From assembly GCF_006345805.1 (NCBI RefSeq), contig NW_021833052.1, positions 1 through 64,000 on the forward strand: a DNA stretch of 64,000 bases. Direction: 5' to 3'. The notes beneath the pieces are model-generated. The model did not search any database, had not been told where the DNA came from, and saw only the letters and a program-made list of their open reading frames with translations. Made by a program: the position numbers and the translations under genes. This stretch comes from Octopus sinensis. Its lineage: Eukaryota. The stretch's first letter is position 1. Each line of letters begins with the position of its first letter. Positions 1 through 13,200 of this stretch are shown here, in pieces.

Positions 1-1435
1 CTTGCTGACAATGTTTTTTTTTATTGCTAAAAGAACGCATCGTAGAGTAGAGTGTTTTTCGGATGGATTCTCTTCATAATCCAGTAGGATGCCAAACCCT
101 TTTTTCATCACCAGCTTGGAACAAATAATCATCCCTGTCAGTTTCGAGTCAGCTTCGGCCAAAATGAGAAGGGATCATAACTGTGCTTGTAGCAGCATTC
201 TGCCAACCTTCCCATTTTCTTTTAACTGTAGAAATGTTTGCCGAAATTGTCTAAAATGTTCATGTCGCCAAAAACGGTTGTCATTTTGTCAATGGCTACA
301 AAATGTGCTATCATGATTGTGGTTGTGCTCCTAACAGATGATATTACAGTGTCTAATTACTTTCTTTACTTGTTGCTATTGGTATCAGAGCTAGAAACAG
401 AATTTGATTCAATGCTAACTGTATTAAATATCAATGCGAACTGTATTAATGTAGTAAGTTGGGGGAGATATACAAACAGTTTTGGTTGAGCAACATTCGA
501 GTCTTTAAACAATTCTTATAAACTACTTACTTTATTCGACCATATGTTCATATGCTCAATAAGTGTTCTGCGTCAACCAGAACCATTAAAGAAAAGATGT
601 GTACTTGGTTGTTGTTCAGTTTCATCTTCATTAATATGTCTAAAATATATTGCCTGCTTGTAGTTGAATGTGTCTTTCTAACTGCCAGCTTCAATTTTCT
701 GTATACTGTTGTTGGCAATGTCCGTAGGTGGTTCAGAAGAGCACTGTTGCATCTAGTACAGAGAACTCGTGAATGAGTTGATGAAAGGAAATTCCATTGA
801 GATGAAAGAAAATTTTCAAATGAAGACATCTATGTAAGCTGAGGTGCTTCCGCCAAAAATTAACTTATAATTTTTTAAAGAATCCCAGTTTAACTGAAAT
901 TTCACAAGGCAACAACATTGAAATGAACATATCTCAAATTTGTGACGCAGAAGGGATTCCAAATTCACAAACAATACGCGTATCTCCATCAAAACCATCA
1001 TCAGACTTGCAAGACACATCTGTAAAACTGCTTTCTTGTAGAGGTGGCATTGCAGCTCGACCAAGGCATTCGAGAATGAGCATGCCTCTGGTTTATATAG
1101 TAAAATCATATGCAGATGGTGTCGTTTAGAATATTAATTCTTTCCTTTCGCGTTGTTTTCCCTTTGAGAGAGAATCTCTTCATTAGCACGTATCAATTGC
1201 TTTCGTTCCCGATCAGATTATGGAATTCACTGACACCTCTTTGTAGTCATCTTGCATATGAATGAAATGGAATTATTAATCATAGAATAGAAAATCATTG
1301 CAACAAATATGGAATCGAATCATATTGCATTTCTATGAAATTCAACCAAATATCTCTCTGCACACAAGTGGAGCAGGTGAAATAAAGTCAAATTAATTGT
1401 TTCCCCAATTTTGTTTCTGGAAGACACCTCCCTTA

Positions 1436-1460
1436 CACATATGCACATACACACATACAC

Positions 1461-1506
<46 letters not shown>
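1436..1506. repeat. (CA)/(CATA)/(TA)n microsatellite
   Basis: Direct reading: cacatacacac... running into pure (TA)n. Confidence 0.95.
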
Positions 1507-1511
<5 letters not shown>

Positions 1512-1747
1512 GGTCACTATAACCTTGACCTTTATGAATAATTTGATGCAAAACTGATCTCTTACATAACTTCACAATTATACCTGTGTGTATGCGTGTG
1601 TATATATGTATATATATATATATGTGTATGTATATATATATATATATGTATGTATATGTATATATATATATGTATGTATATATGTATTATACATATATAT
1701 ATGCATATATAAGATGTTATATATAAATATATATACATGTATAAATG

Positions 1748-1779
<32 letters not shown>

Positions 1780-1829
1780 CATATATATGCATATATATAT
1801 ATGTATATATACATATATAATACATACAT

Positions 1830-1928
<99 letters not shown>

Positions 1929-2031
1929 CATATATACACACGCATACACGCAGGTAATAATTGTGACGTTATGTAAGAGATCAGTTTTGCATCAAATTAT
2001 TCATAAAGGTCAAGGTCAGAGTGACCATTTT
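1507..2031. mobile_element. Foldback/MITE-like element: ~100-bp inverted arms around a TA/CATA microsatellite core
   Basis: 1507-1606 (aaaacggtcactataaccttgacctttatgaataatttgatgcaaaactgatctcttacataac...) is the reverse complement of ~1931-2031 with only about 6 differences; the spacer is (TA)/(TATG)/(CATA)n. Confidence 0.75.
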
Positions 2032-2494
2032 GCATTAAATTATACATGAAGATCAAAGTTAAACACAACAGGTACACAAAAGGCAGAATATTTTACCAAT
2101 ATTGATTGTATTTGTGACCGTTTTTGTTGTTGTTCTTGCCAATACTCGCATGCAAAAAAAACCCGAACCTAATACCATCTATGATTATCACTGGCCTAGA
2201 AATATTTCTAGATGTCAACGAGGACATCTTGAGTTGTCTCTTGTGAAATGCCTTTTGTTATAGGAATGAAGGGGAAAAGCAAAAGACCGCGCGCACGCAC
2301 ATACGCACATACACACACAATGATGTTTTAACTGTGTAGATTGTAAGTATTGCTGTCAGCGCCATCCTATTTTTTTAAAACAGGAAATTAGTAACGATCA
2401 TGTGTGACAATGACCCAAAAGTACTACGGATGAGTAAAGTCTGTTCAGTATAAAAGTGATAAGAATATCCGGGCTGAAGCCGCCAGCACCGAAC

Positions 2495-2875
2495 CTATTT
2501 CAAATGATCGAAATTTGGTAAAACCGCCCAGTAATTATATGCTCGAGATTTCTCAAAAGTAGCTGTCCCCTTGTGCACAATCCTTCTCCACCTGCTACGA
2601 TCAATAACTATGCATTCCCATGTATCAGGAGAGATGCAAGCATCTCTTAAGGAAGCCTTCAGCAAGTCCTTATACCTCTTTTTTGGTTTATGTGGAGGTC
2701 GTTCTCCTTTAGCTAACTCTCCATAAGAGAGTTGTTTTGGCATCCTTGAATCCTTCATCCTGACCAGATGACCTCTCCATCTGAGCCTTTGCTTTAACAC
2801 AAGAGCTTTACTGAATTGTGACAATGTCGAACAGCTATCATTACGACTGGGGACTGATCTGGCTTTCAGCTGCAT
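2495..2875 (-). mobile_element. RTE-clade LINE, 3' ORF fragment (post-RT region)
   Basis: Translation LRWRGHLVRMKDSRMPKQLSYGELAKGERPPHKPKKRYKDLLKASL...DRSRWRRIVHKG matches the characteristic RTE/BovB C-terminal pattern LRWxGHxxRM...PKxxxYGELxxGxRxxGxPKKRxKD...DRxxWR. Confidence 0.9.
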
Positions 2876-3386
2876 TTATGGAGAAGATCAACTCGCCACG
2901 TTTCGAAGGTGAATCGGATATCCTGTCTCTATCTGGTGATTATGGTGAAAGGTGTGAGCTTTTTATACTTCCCTCTCGAACCAAGCCTTCCTTTTCAGTA
3001 AGCAGTTGAAGGGTAAGTTGCAGAAGAGGTTTTTTTACCTCCTAAAAATCTTTTAAAGTCAGTGAAAGTGGTGAATGGACTTAATCTATAAAAAATGACA
3101 GAAAATTGACAAAAAGGAGTGTAAGAAAGCAACTGACTCCGATGCGACGAGGTAATACAGAATTTGTCTATATGCTTGGAATTACTTTATTTTGAATTAA
3201 ATTTGGGATTTATCTAATCGTCTATCTTGTGTTATAATTTTCTACAATCAAAAACGATTTAATATATCTTAATACTTCGTATAACTTTGGGAACCGATCA
3301 CCTTATTTTCGTAAAACTATGTTTTGATTTTCGTTTTTGGATTTGGTTTCAAGATTCTTTATATGAGTTCGTGTGTTGAAGTATAT

Positions 3387-3616
3387 CAGTTGTCAAGCTA
3401 TGTTGGTGGAACAAACACAGACACACAAACATATACACACGCATATATATATACATATATACGACGGGCTTCTTTCAGTTTCCGTTTACCAAATCCACTC
3501 ACAAGGCTATGGTCGGCCCGAGGCTATAGTAGAAGACACTTGCCCAAGATGCCACGGAGTGGGACTGAACCCGGAACCATGTGGTTGGTAAGCAAGCTAC
3601 TTACCACACAGCCACT
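3387..3616 (-). mobile_element. tRNA-derived SINE family A, 5' half
   Basis: Reverse complement begins AGTGGCTGTGTGGTAAG (A-box-like) ... GGTTCAGTCCC (B-box-like), followed by a CORE-like CTTGGGCAAGTG segment; homologous to the copies at 8338, 26187, 26800, 56516 and 57441. Confidence 0.9.
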
Positions 3617-3917
3617 TCTACGCATTATATTCTTGAGCGAAACACTTCATTTCACGTTGCTCCAGTCCACTCAGCTGGCAAAATTGAGTAAACCTGCGAC
3701 GGACCGGATTATGGCATGGAAACGGGGAAACCGTCACTTCCCTCTCCACCCTCATTTCTTCTCCACCCTCACTTTCCTCTCTGCCCTCACTTCCTTCTTC
3801 ACCCTCACTTCTCTTTCCAAGCAGATCTTCAAATAACTAAGGCGTTGACTGAAGACAAAAGTACCTTACATGCCTTCTTTATAATAATGCCTTCGTAATA
3901 AATATTACTTTCATTTG

Positions 3918-4047
3918 AAGTGCTTTCCTCCTCATCATCATCATCATCATCATCGTCGTCGTCATTGTCACCATCGTCATGATTATCAGCCTTTAACCAA
4001 AACGTTTTCAAGCATTACAAAATATTAATAATAATAATATAATAATA

Positions 4048-4138
<91 letters not shown>

Positions 4139-4148
4139 AATAATAATA
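3918..4148. repeat. (CAT)/(CGT), (AAT)n and (GAT)n trinucleotide microsatellites
   Basis: Direct reading. Confidence 0.9.
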
Positions 4149-4456
4149 AGGGATTCTTTGGGGTTTGAATAATTCACCTCTGGAAACATGGGTGCTTCTT
4201 TCAACATCCTTAAACAACCCTTATTCTAGGACCTTTTGAGCGGCACGGGTTACTCGACCAGAAGAAAATTCTAACTGGGCCCCACCTGCAAGGTCATGTG
4301 CTGTTTATCTTGATATGAGATCACCATGTCGCTTACATATGGTTGTGATGCAAGTGCCTGGTGTATCCTTATCAGACGGGTAGTCATGATGGGTATACTG
4401 GGCTTCGTATATTTTACCCCAGTGTCACTTTGATGGCATGAACTGCTCTCTCACTC

Positions 4457-4531
<75 letters not shown>

Positions 4532-4545
4532 TAATAATAATAATA

Positions 4546-4601
<56 letters not shown>

Positions 4602-4918
4602 AATAATAATAAGGGATTCTTTGGGGTTTGAATAATTCACCTCTGGAAACATGGGTGCTTCTTTCAACATCCTTAAACAACCTTATTCTAGGACCTTTTG
4701 AGCGGCACGGGTTACTCGACCAGAAGAAAATTCTAACTGGGCCCCACCTGCAAGGTCATGTGCTGTTTATCTTGATATGAGATCACCATGTCGCGCACAT
4801 ATGGTTGTGATGCATGTGCCTGGTGTATCCTTATCAGACGGGTAGTCATGATGGGTATACTGGGCTTCGTATATTTTACCCCAGTGTCACTTTGATGGCA
4901 TGAACTGCTCTCTCACTC

Positions 4919-4967
<49 letters not shown>

Positions 4968-5334
4968 TGTGCATCTCTGATCACGAGCAGAAGTAGTGGG
5001 GGAGCATCATGGCTGTGTGATGAGAGGGATTCCTCGGGGTTTGAATAATTCACCTCTGGAAACATGGGTGTTTCGTTCAACATACTTAAACAACCCTTAT
5101 TCAGGGACCTTTTGAGCGGGATGGGTTACTCGATCAGAAGAAAATTCTAACTCGGCTCCCCACCTGCAAGGTCATGTGCTGTTTATCTTGATATGAGATC
5201 ACCATGTCGCGCACATATGGTTGTGATGCATGTGCCTGGTGTATCCTTATCAGACGGGTAGTCATGATGGGTATATTGGGCTTCGTATATTTTACCCCAG
5301 TGTCACTTTGATGGCATGAACTGCTCTCTCACTC
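4149..5334 (+). mobile_element. Three tandem 5'-truncated copies of element C (4149-4456, 4612-4918, 4965-5334), each ending in (AAT)n
   Basis: Near-identical bodies (gggattctttggggtttgaataattcacctctggaaacatggg...gcatgaactgctctctcactc) each followed by (AAT)n; the same element occurs at 51233, 51656 and 53378. Confidence 0.9.
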
Positions 5335-5428
5335 AATAATAATAATAATAATAATGATAATAATATAATATAATAATAATAATAACAAATAGGTACTGAA
5401 ACCTATTTGAAAATGATACAGGGCTTAC

Positions 5429-5608
5429 CAACCCTACAGGAAGTGCAAAATATCGTGTTAACTGGAACGACTCATGTACTGAGAAGAGAATTATCGCTGC
5501 GAAAACAACATCCATCCATGAATTTATTTATCAATTTTTTTTTAATACATATTTTACCTGTGAATTTGCGTGTGTAATCTGGGAATGCACACAAGCAGCT
5601 TCTGTGCC
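5429..5608 (-). CDS. Candidate two-exon fragment of an unidentified gene (exons 5608-5558 and 5478-5429)
   Basis: On the minus strand: cctag|GGCAC...CACAG|gtaaaa, a 79-nt AT-rich intron ending ttctcttctcag|TACAT...GGTTG|gtaagc. Phases are compatible and give HRSCLCAFPDYTRKFT-V-HESFQLTRYFALPVGL. No protein family recognised. Confidence 0.3.
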
Positions 5609-5666
5609 CTAGGTGTACGGAAAACACTCGGCGGGAAATGGAAGAAAATTTGAAGAAAGAAGGAAA

Positions 5667-5706
5667 ATAATAATAATAATAATAGTAATATAATAATAAT
5701 AATAAT

Positions 5707-5747
<41 letters not shown>

Positions 5748-5833
5748 AATAATAATAATAATAATAATAATAATATAGTATAATAATAGTAATAACAATA
5801 ATAATATTAACAACAATAATATTAATAATAATA

Positions 5834-5879
<46 letters not shown>

Positions 5880-6310
5880 AATAACAATAATAATAGTAAT
5901 AATAATAGTAATAGTAATAATAATAATAATAATAACATAATAATAGTAATATAATAATAATAATACAATAATAATAGTAATAATAATAGTAATAGTAATA
6001 ATAATATAATAATAATATATAATAATAATAATAATATAATAATATAATAATAATAATATAGTAATAATAATATAATAATAATAATAATAATATAATAATA
6101 ATAATAATGATAATAATAATAGTAATAATAAATAATAATAACAATAATAATAGTAATAATAATAGTAATAGTAATAATAATAATAATAATAATAAATACA
6201 TCTGCAATAATTTTGGAATAACAATTGTAACAAGAACATGAGAGTAACAACAACAGCAACAACAGAAATAGGAACAATCAGTACAGACACAACAACAACA
6301 ACAACAACTT
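5667..6310. repeat. Compound (AAT)/(GAT)/(AGT)/(AAC)n microsatellite
   Basis: Direct reading; the poly-I/Y/L ORFs here are artefacts. Confidence 0.95.
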
Positions 6311-6519
6311 TATAAAGAAGCAGTAAAACGTCAAAAATCTATAGAATGAAAACCCGATAAGGAACGTGTGTCTTTTACACATTTTTCATAGCAGGAACCG
6401 TTTAAGCCAAGCCTCGGGTAACAACGTTTTATAATTAATGCGTTGACCACCTGGAATGTAAGATGGCGGAAAAGTGATGTGATTCTAATATATTTTGCAT
6501 TCTCTCTTCACCTGCATCT

Positions 6520-7107
6520 CTATGTCTTTTTTTCTCTTTCTCTATCTCTTTTTCTATCTCTATCTGTCTGTCTGTCTCTCTCTCTTTCCCGTTCTCTCTC
6601 TTCCTCTCTTTCTCTCTTCCTATTTCTCACTCATGTTCCTACCCTCTTACTTTCTATTACTCCTCTCTTCTTCTCTGTCCTCTCTCTCTCTCACTTTCTC
6701 TCTCGTTCCCTCCCTCTCTCCTTCTCCCTCCATCTCTCTCTATCTCTGTCTGTCTCGCTATCTCTCTTTCCCTTTCTCTCTCTTTCTCTCTTTCTATTTC
6801 TCACTCAAGTTCCTACTCTCTTACTTTCTATAACTTCTCTCTTCTTCTCTGTCTCACTCTCTCACATTCTCTCTCGTTCCCTCCCTCTCTCCTTCTCTCT
6901 TCATCTCTCTCTGTCTCTGTCTGTCTGTCTCTCTTTCTCTCTCTTTCCCTTTCTCTTTCTTCCTCTCTTTCTCTCTTTCTATTTCTCACTCAAGTTTCTA
7001 CTCTCTTCATTTCTATAACTTCTCTCTTCTTCTCTGTCACTCTCTCTCACAGACATTCTCTCTCGTTCCCTCCCTCTCCTCTCCTTCTCTCTCCATCTCT
7101 CTCTGTC

Positions 7108-7140
<33 letters not shown>

Positions 7141-7295
7141 TTCCCTTTCTCTCTCTTCCTCTCTTTCTCTCTTTCTATTTCTCACTCAAGTTCCTACTCT
7201 CTTACTTTCTATAACTTCTCTCTTCTTCTCTCTCTCTCTCACTTTCTCTCTCGTTCCCTCCCTCTCCTCTCCTTCTCTCTCCATCTCTCTCTGTC

Positions 7296-7326
<31 letters not shown>

Positions 7327-7488
7327 TTCCCTTTCTCTCTCTTCTCTCTTTCTCTCTTTCTATTTCTCACTCAAGTTCCTACTCTCTTACTTTCTATAAC
7401 TTCTCTCTTCTTCTCTGTTTCTCTCTCTCACACACATTCTCTCTCGTTCCCTCCCTCTCCTCTCCTTCTCTCTCCATCTCTCTCCGTC

Positions 7489-7521
<33 letters not shown>

Positions 7522-7822
7522 TTCCCTTCCTCTCTTTCTCTCTTTCTCTCTTTCTATTTCTCTCTCAAGTTCCTACTCTTTTACTTTCTATAACTTCTCT
7601 CTTCTCTGTCTCTCTCTCTCACATTCTCTCTCGTTCCCTCCCTCTCTCCTTCTCTCTCCATCTCTCTCTGTCTCTGTCTGTCTCTCTCTCTCTCTTTCCC
7701 TTTCTCTCTGTTTCTATCTTTCTATTTCTCACTTAAGTTCCTACTCTCTTACTTTCTATAACTTCTCTCTTCTCTGTCTCTCTCTCACTTTCTCGTTCCC
7801 TCCCTCTCTCTTTCTCTCCCCA

Positions 7823-7856
<34 letters not shown>

Positions 7857-7860
7857 TGAT
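6520..7860. repeat. Polypyrimidine (CT-rich) minisatellite, ~7 units of ~170-195 bp
   Basis: The anchor tatttctc(a/t)ct(c/t)a(a/t)gtt(c/t)cta recurs at 6621, 6795, 6980, 7176, 7361, 7555 and 7723. Confidence 0.9.
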
Positions 7861-7919
7861 ACCCCCACGGCGACATTATAAAGGTCAAGTTATTCAGAGA
7901 TAACTTGAATGATGTATTG

Positions 7920-8335
7920 TTTTGTGTGTGTGTGCGTGTATGTCTGTCTATTCGTGAGGGCGTGTGTGTGTATGTGTTTGGTGTGTGATGTGTGTGTGTG
8001 GTGTGGTGTGGTGAGTGGGCTGTGGTGTACTGGTGGTGATGGTTGAGGTGGTGATGATGGTAGTCACATGTGTGGTGTGGTGGCGAGGGCATGTACATAT
8101 GTGTGTGTGTGTGTGTGTGCGCGCGCTGTGTATATGTGTTTGCAATGCCACGTGTATGTGTGTGATGTGGCGTGGTATGTATGGTCAGTATCATGCATTT
8201 TGTTGCTGTAATGGTTGTTCCTGTTGTTGCAGTTGTTGTTGCTGTTGGTGGTGGTGTGGTGGTCGTGGTGGTGGAGGGGATGTTGTGCATGTATGTATGT
8301 ATGTATGCATGTATGTGTGTATATATCTCTCTTTC
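7920..8335. repeat. Degenerate (TG)/(TGG)/(TTG)n low-complexity tract
   Basis: Direct reading. Confidence 0.85.
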
Positions 8336-8337
8336 TC

Positions 8338-8764
8338 TCTTTTACTTGTATCAGTCATTTGACTGCGGCCATGCTGGAGCACCGCCTTTAGTCGAGCAGA
8401 TCGCCCCCAGGACTTATTCTTTGTAAGCCCAGTACTTATTCTATCAGTCTCTTTTTGCCGAACAGCTAAGTGACGGGGGACATAAACACACCAGCATCAG
8501 TTGTCAAGCAATGCTAAGGGGACAAACACAGACACACAAACATATACACACACACATACACACACAAATATATATATATATATATATATACATATATACG
8601 ACGGGCTTCTTTCAGTTTCCGTCTACCAAATCCACCCACAAGCCATTGGTCGGCCCGGGGCTATAGCAGAAGACACTTGCCCAAGATGCCACGCAGTGGG
8701 ACTGAACCCGGAACCATGTGGCTGGTAAGCAAGCTACTTACCACACAGCCACTCCTGCGCCTAT
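8338..8764 (-). mobile_element. SINE family A, full length with internal (CA)/(TA) microsatellite
   Basis: A/B-box head at 8690-8764, internal microsatellite, and 3' part ending ...gtcaaatgactgatacaagtaaaagag on the minus strand. Confidence 0.92.
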
Positions 8765-8814
8765 ATGTATGTATGTTTGTAAGTCTGTATGTAAGTTTGT
8801 ATGTATGTATGTGT

Positions 8815-9075
8815 AACACACCATATTAATCATATCTGTCGGGCATGTGGAAGAGAGTGTAATTCGGCAGGAGGACTTAAACGACATGCAAAGGTACATG
8901 AAGCCCAGTTACAACTTCAGCCGGCTATTACCGGTAAAGGTTTTTACTGCCAATTCTGTACAAGACATTGTAGATCTTTAACTGGGCTAAAAAGTCATAT
9001 TCGATCACAGCACCAGTAACAGTTAAGCTTCGTGCAATGGCCATACTCGATAACGAGGAGGCAGCCATAATAATG
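8815..9075 (+). mobile_element. 3' end of an RTE-like LINE encoding two C2H2 zinc fingers
   Basis: CRACGRECNSAGGLKRHAKVH and CQFCTRHCRSLTGLKSHIRSQH fit Cx2Cx12Hx3-4H. The CxSxxGLxSHxR form is typical of RTE C-termini. Stop at 9019, short 3' UTR ending gcagccataataat, no upstream coding context. Confidence 0.7.
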
Positions 9076-9859
9076 TAAGTGTCTATGTGTACATTGTGTG
9101 TATGTATTTGTGTATATGTATGTATGCATGTTTATAAGTCTGTATGTATGTTTGTATGTATGTATGTATTTTGTGTTAGTGTGTTTGCGTGCGCGTACGT
9201 GCGTGCTTGTGGCAGTGTGTGTGTACCTATATTCATTATTCTGGAAGATGAGCTTGGAGAGTTTAGTCAAGTTGTGTGTAATGAGTACAACGATAACAAC
9301 CAGAGAGGTTAGAAAAGAGGGCAGGAATACAAAACATGGGAGGGGATAACTAAATGCAAACGGAAAACACGAACAGAGAGAGGTTCAAGGATAAACGGAA
9401 GGTTTCGCTAGGAGAGAAGAGAGGGAGACATATGTGGAGGATATATTATCAGGTCGGAAACCGTGTTGACTCTCAGTTATACTCCACGTTACGGCTAACC
9501 GCATCGATTAGTATTTAACATCTATGACAACTAGGAGTGTTATCACTCACCCTATAGACTCCTCCAATGGGTGATTCCGTGTTCGCTTCACTGGGTAGTA
9601 ATATTATCTGGATTGTATATTAGCAATAATTATAACGATCGAGAATATGGAGGCTTGTTCCTCGTCAAAATATATTTCCTTTTGTTTTACAATTCCGGAC
9701 GGCATATTCTTATGGTTATGATGACCTACAAGTGTTTACACGGCACGGAGTATGAGCAGTTGCACTTGCAGCCGGGCGTTATTTGCTGCGCAGCTTCGCT
9801 CAGGTCTTTTACGAACACATGTATGAACGAACGAACATATATACGTACGTACGCATGAA

Positions 9860-10211
9860 TACATGTATGTATGTATGCATGTGTGTATGTATGCATGTAT
9901 GTATGTATGTATGTATGTATGTATGCATGTATGTATGATGCTGATGTATGTATGTATGTATGTGTATGCATGTATGTATGTGTATGTATTGTATGTATGT
10001 ATGTATGATGCATGTATGTATGCATGTATATGCATGTATGTATGTATGCATGTATGATGTATGTATAGCATGTATGTATGTATGTATGTATGTATGTATG
10101 TATGATGCATGTATGTATGTATGCATGTATGTATGTATGTATGTATGTATGTATGAATGTATGTATGCATGTAGTATGTATGTATGATGTATGTATGTAT
10201 GTATGTATGGC

Positions 10212-10242
<31 letters not shown>

Positions 10243-13200
10243 TGCATGTATGTATGTATGTATGTATGTATGTATGAATGTATGTATGTATGCATGTATG
10301 TATGCATGTATGTATGTATGTATGTATGTATGTATGAATGTATGTATGCATGTATGTATGTATGTATGTATGTATGCATGTATGTATGTATGTATGTATG
10401 TTGTATGTATGTATGTATGTATCATGTATGTATGTATGTATGTATGCATGTATGTATGTATGTATGCATGTATGTATGTATGTGTATGTATGCATGTATG
10501 TATGTATGCATGTATGTATGTATGTATGTATCATGTATGTATGTATGAATGTATGTATGTATGTATGTATGTATGTATGTATGTATGAATGTATGTATGC
10601 AAGTATGCATGTATGCATGTATGTATGTATGTATGTATATATGTATGTATGTATGTATGCATGTATGTATGTATGTATGCATGTATGTATGTATGTATGT
10701 ATGTATGTATGTATGTATGTATGTATGTATGCATGTATGTATGTATGCATGTATGTATGTATGTATGTATGTATGAATGTATGTATGCATGTATGTATGT
10801 ATGTATGTATGTATGTATGTATGCATGTATGTATGTATGTATGTATGTATGTATGTATGCATGTATGTATGTATGTATGTATGTATGTATGTATGTATGT
10901 ATGAATGTATGTATGTATGCATGTATGTATGCATGTATGTATGTATGTATGTATGTATGAATGTATGTATGCATGTATGTATGTATGTATGTATGTATGT
11001 ATGCATGTATGTATGTATGTATGTATGTATGAATGTATGTATGTATGCATGTATGTATGTATGTATGTATGTATGCATGTATGTATGTATGTATGCATGT
11101 ATGTATGTATGTATGTATGTATGTATGTATGTATGTATGAATGTATGTATGTATGTATGCATGTATGTATGTATGCATGTATGTATGTATGTATGTATGC
11201 ATGTATGTATGTATGAATGTATGTATGTATGTATGTATGTATGAATGTATGTATGCATGTATGCATGTATGCATGTATGCATGTATGCATGTATGTATGT
11301 ATGTATGTATGTATGTATCTATGCATGTATGCATGTATGTATGCATGCATGTATGGATGTATGTATGTATGTATGTATGTATGTATGCATGTATGTATGT
11401 ATGTATGTATGCATGTATGTATGCATGTATGAATGTATGTATGTATGCATGTATGTACGCATGTATGTATGTATGTATGTATGTATGCATGTATGTATGC
11501 ATGTATGTATGTATGTTTGTATGAATGCATGTATGCATGTATGTATGTATGTATGTTGTATGTATGCATGTATGTATGTATGTATGTATGTATGAGTATG
11601 CATGTAGTATGTATGTATGTATGTATGTATGTATGCATGTATGTATGTATGTATGTATGTATGTATGTATGTATGCAATTATGTATGCATGTATGTTGTA
11701 TGTATGTATGCATGTATGTATGTATGTATGTATGTATGCATGTATGTATGCATGTATGTATGTATGTATGTAAGCATGTATGTATGTATGTATGTATGCA
11801 TGCATGTATGTATGTCTGTATGTATGTATGCATGTATGTATGCATGTATGTATGCATGTATGTATGTATGTATGTATGTATGTATGTATGTATGCATGTA
11901 TGTATGTATGTATGTATGTATGTATGCATGTATGTATGCATGTATGTATGCATGTATGTATGTATGTATGCATGTATGTATGTATGTATGTATGCATGTA
12001 TGTATGTATGTATGTATGTATGTGTATGTATGTATGTATGTATGCATGTATGTATGTATGTATGTGTGTATGTATGTATGTATGTGTGTATGTATGTATG
12101 TATGCATGTATGTATGTATGCATGTATGTATGTATGAATGTATGTATGTATGTATCTATGTATGTATGAATGTATGTATGCATGTATGCATGTATGCATG
12201 TATGTATGTATGTATGTATGTATGTATGTATGCATGTATGTATGTATGTATGTATGCATGTATGTATGTATGCATGTATGTATGTATGTATGTATGTATG
12301 TATGTATGCATGTATGTATGTATGTATGTATGTATGTATGCATGTATGTATGTATGTATGTATGTATGTATGTATGAATGTATGTATGTATGCATGTATG
12401 TATGCATGTATGTATGTATGTATGTATGTATGAATGTATGTATGCATGTATGTATGTATGTATGTATGTATGTATGCATGTATGTATGTATGTATGTATG
12501 TATGAATGTATGTATGTAAGCATGTATGTATGTATGTATATGATTGTATGCATGTATGTATGTATGTATGCATGTATGTATGTATGTATGTATGTATGCA
12601 TGTATGTATGTATGAATGTATGTATGTATGTATGCATGTATGTATGTATGCATGTATGTATGTATGTATGTATGTATGTAGGTATGTATGTATGTATGTA
12701 TGTTTATGTATGTATGTATGTATGAATGTATGAATTGCATGTATGCATCTATGCATGTATGTATGTATGTATGTATGTATGTATCTTGTATGTATGCATG
12801 TATGTATGTATGCATGTATGGATGTATGTATGTATGTATGTATGTATGTATGCATGTATGTATGTATGTATGTATGCATGTATGTATGCATGTATGAATG
12901 TATGTATGTATGCATGTATGTACGCATGTATGTATGTATGTATGTATGTATGCATGTATGTATGCATGTATGTATGTATGTTTGTATGAATGCATGTATG
13001 CATGTATGTATGTATGTATGTGTGTATGTATGCATGTATGTATGTATGTATGTATGTATGTATGCATGTATGTATGTATGTATGTATGTATGTATGTATG
13101 TATGTATGCATGTATGTATGTATGTATGTATGTATGTATGTATGCAAGTATGTATGCATGTATGTATGTATGTACGTATGCATGTATGTATGTATGTATG

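Noticed and set aside
1-1130. Short ORFs and protein-like minus-strand frames (for example KRKWEGWQ...DRDDYLFQAGDEKRVWHPTG)
   Set aside because: Interrupted by stops in every frame and no family motif recognised. Possibly a decayed coding remnant, but I cannot support a call.
9700-9815. CKCNCSYSVPCKHL resembling a SWIM zinc finger
   Set aside because: The CxC-to-CxH spacing is shorter than typical, a stop follows immediately, and there is no other MULE or SWIM context.
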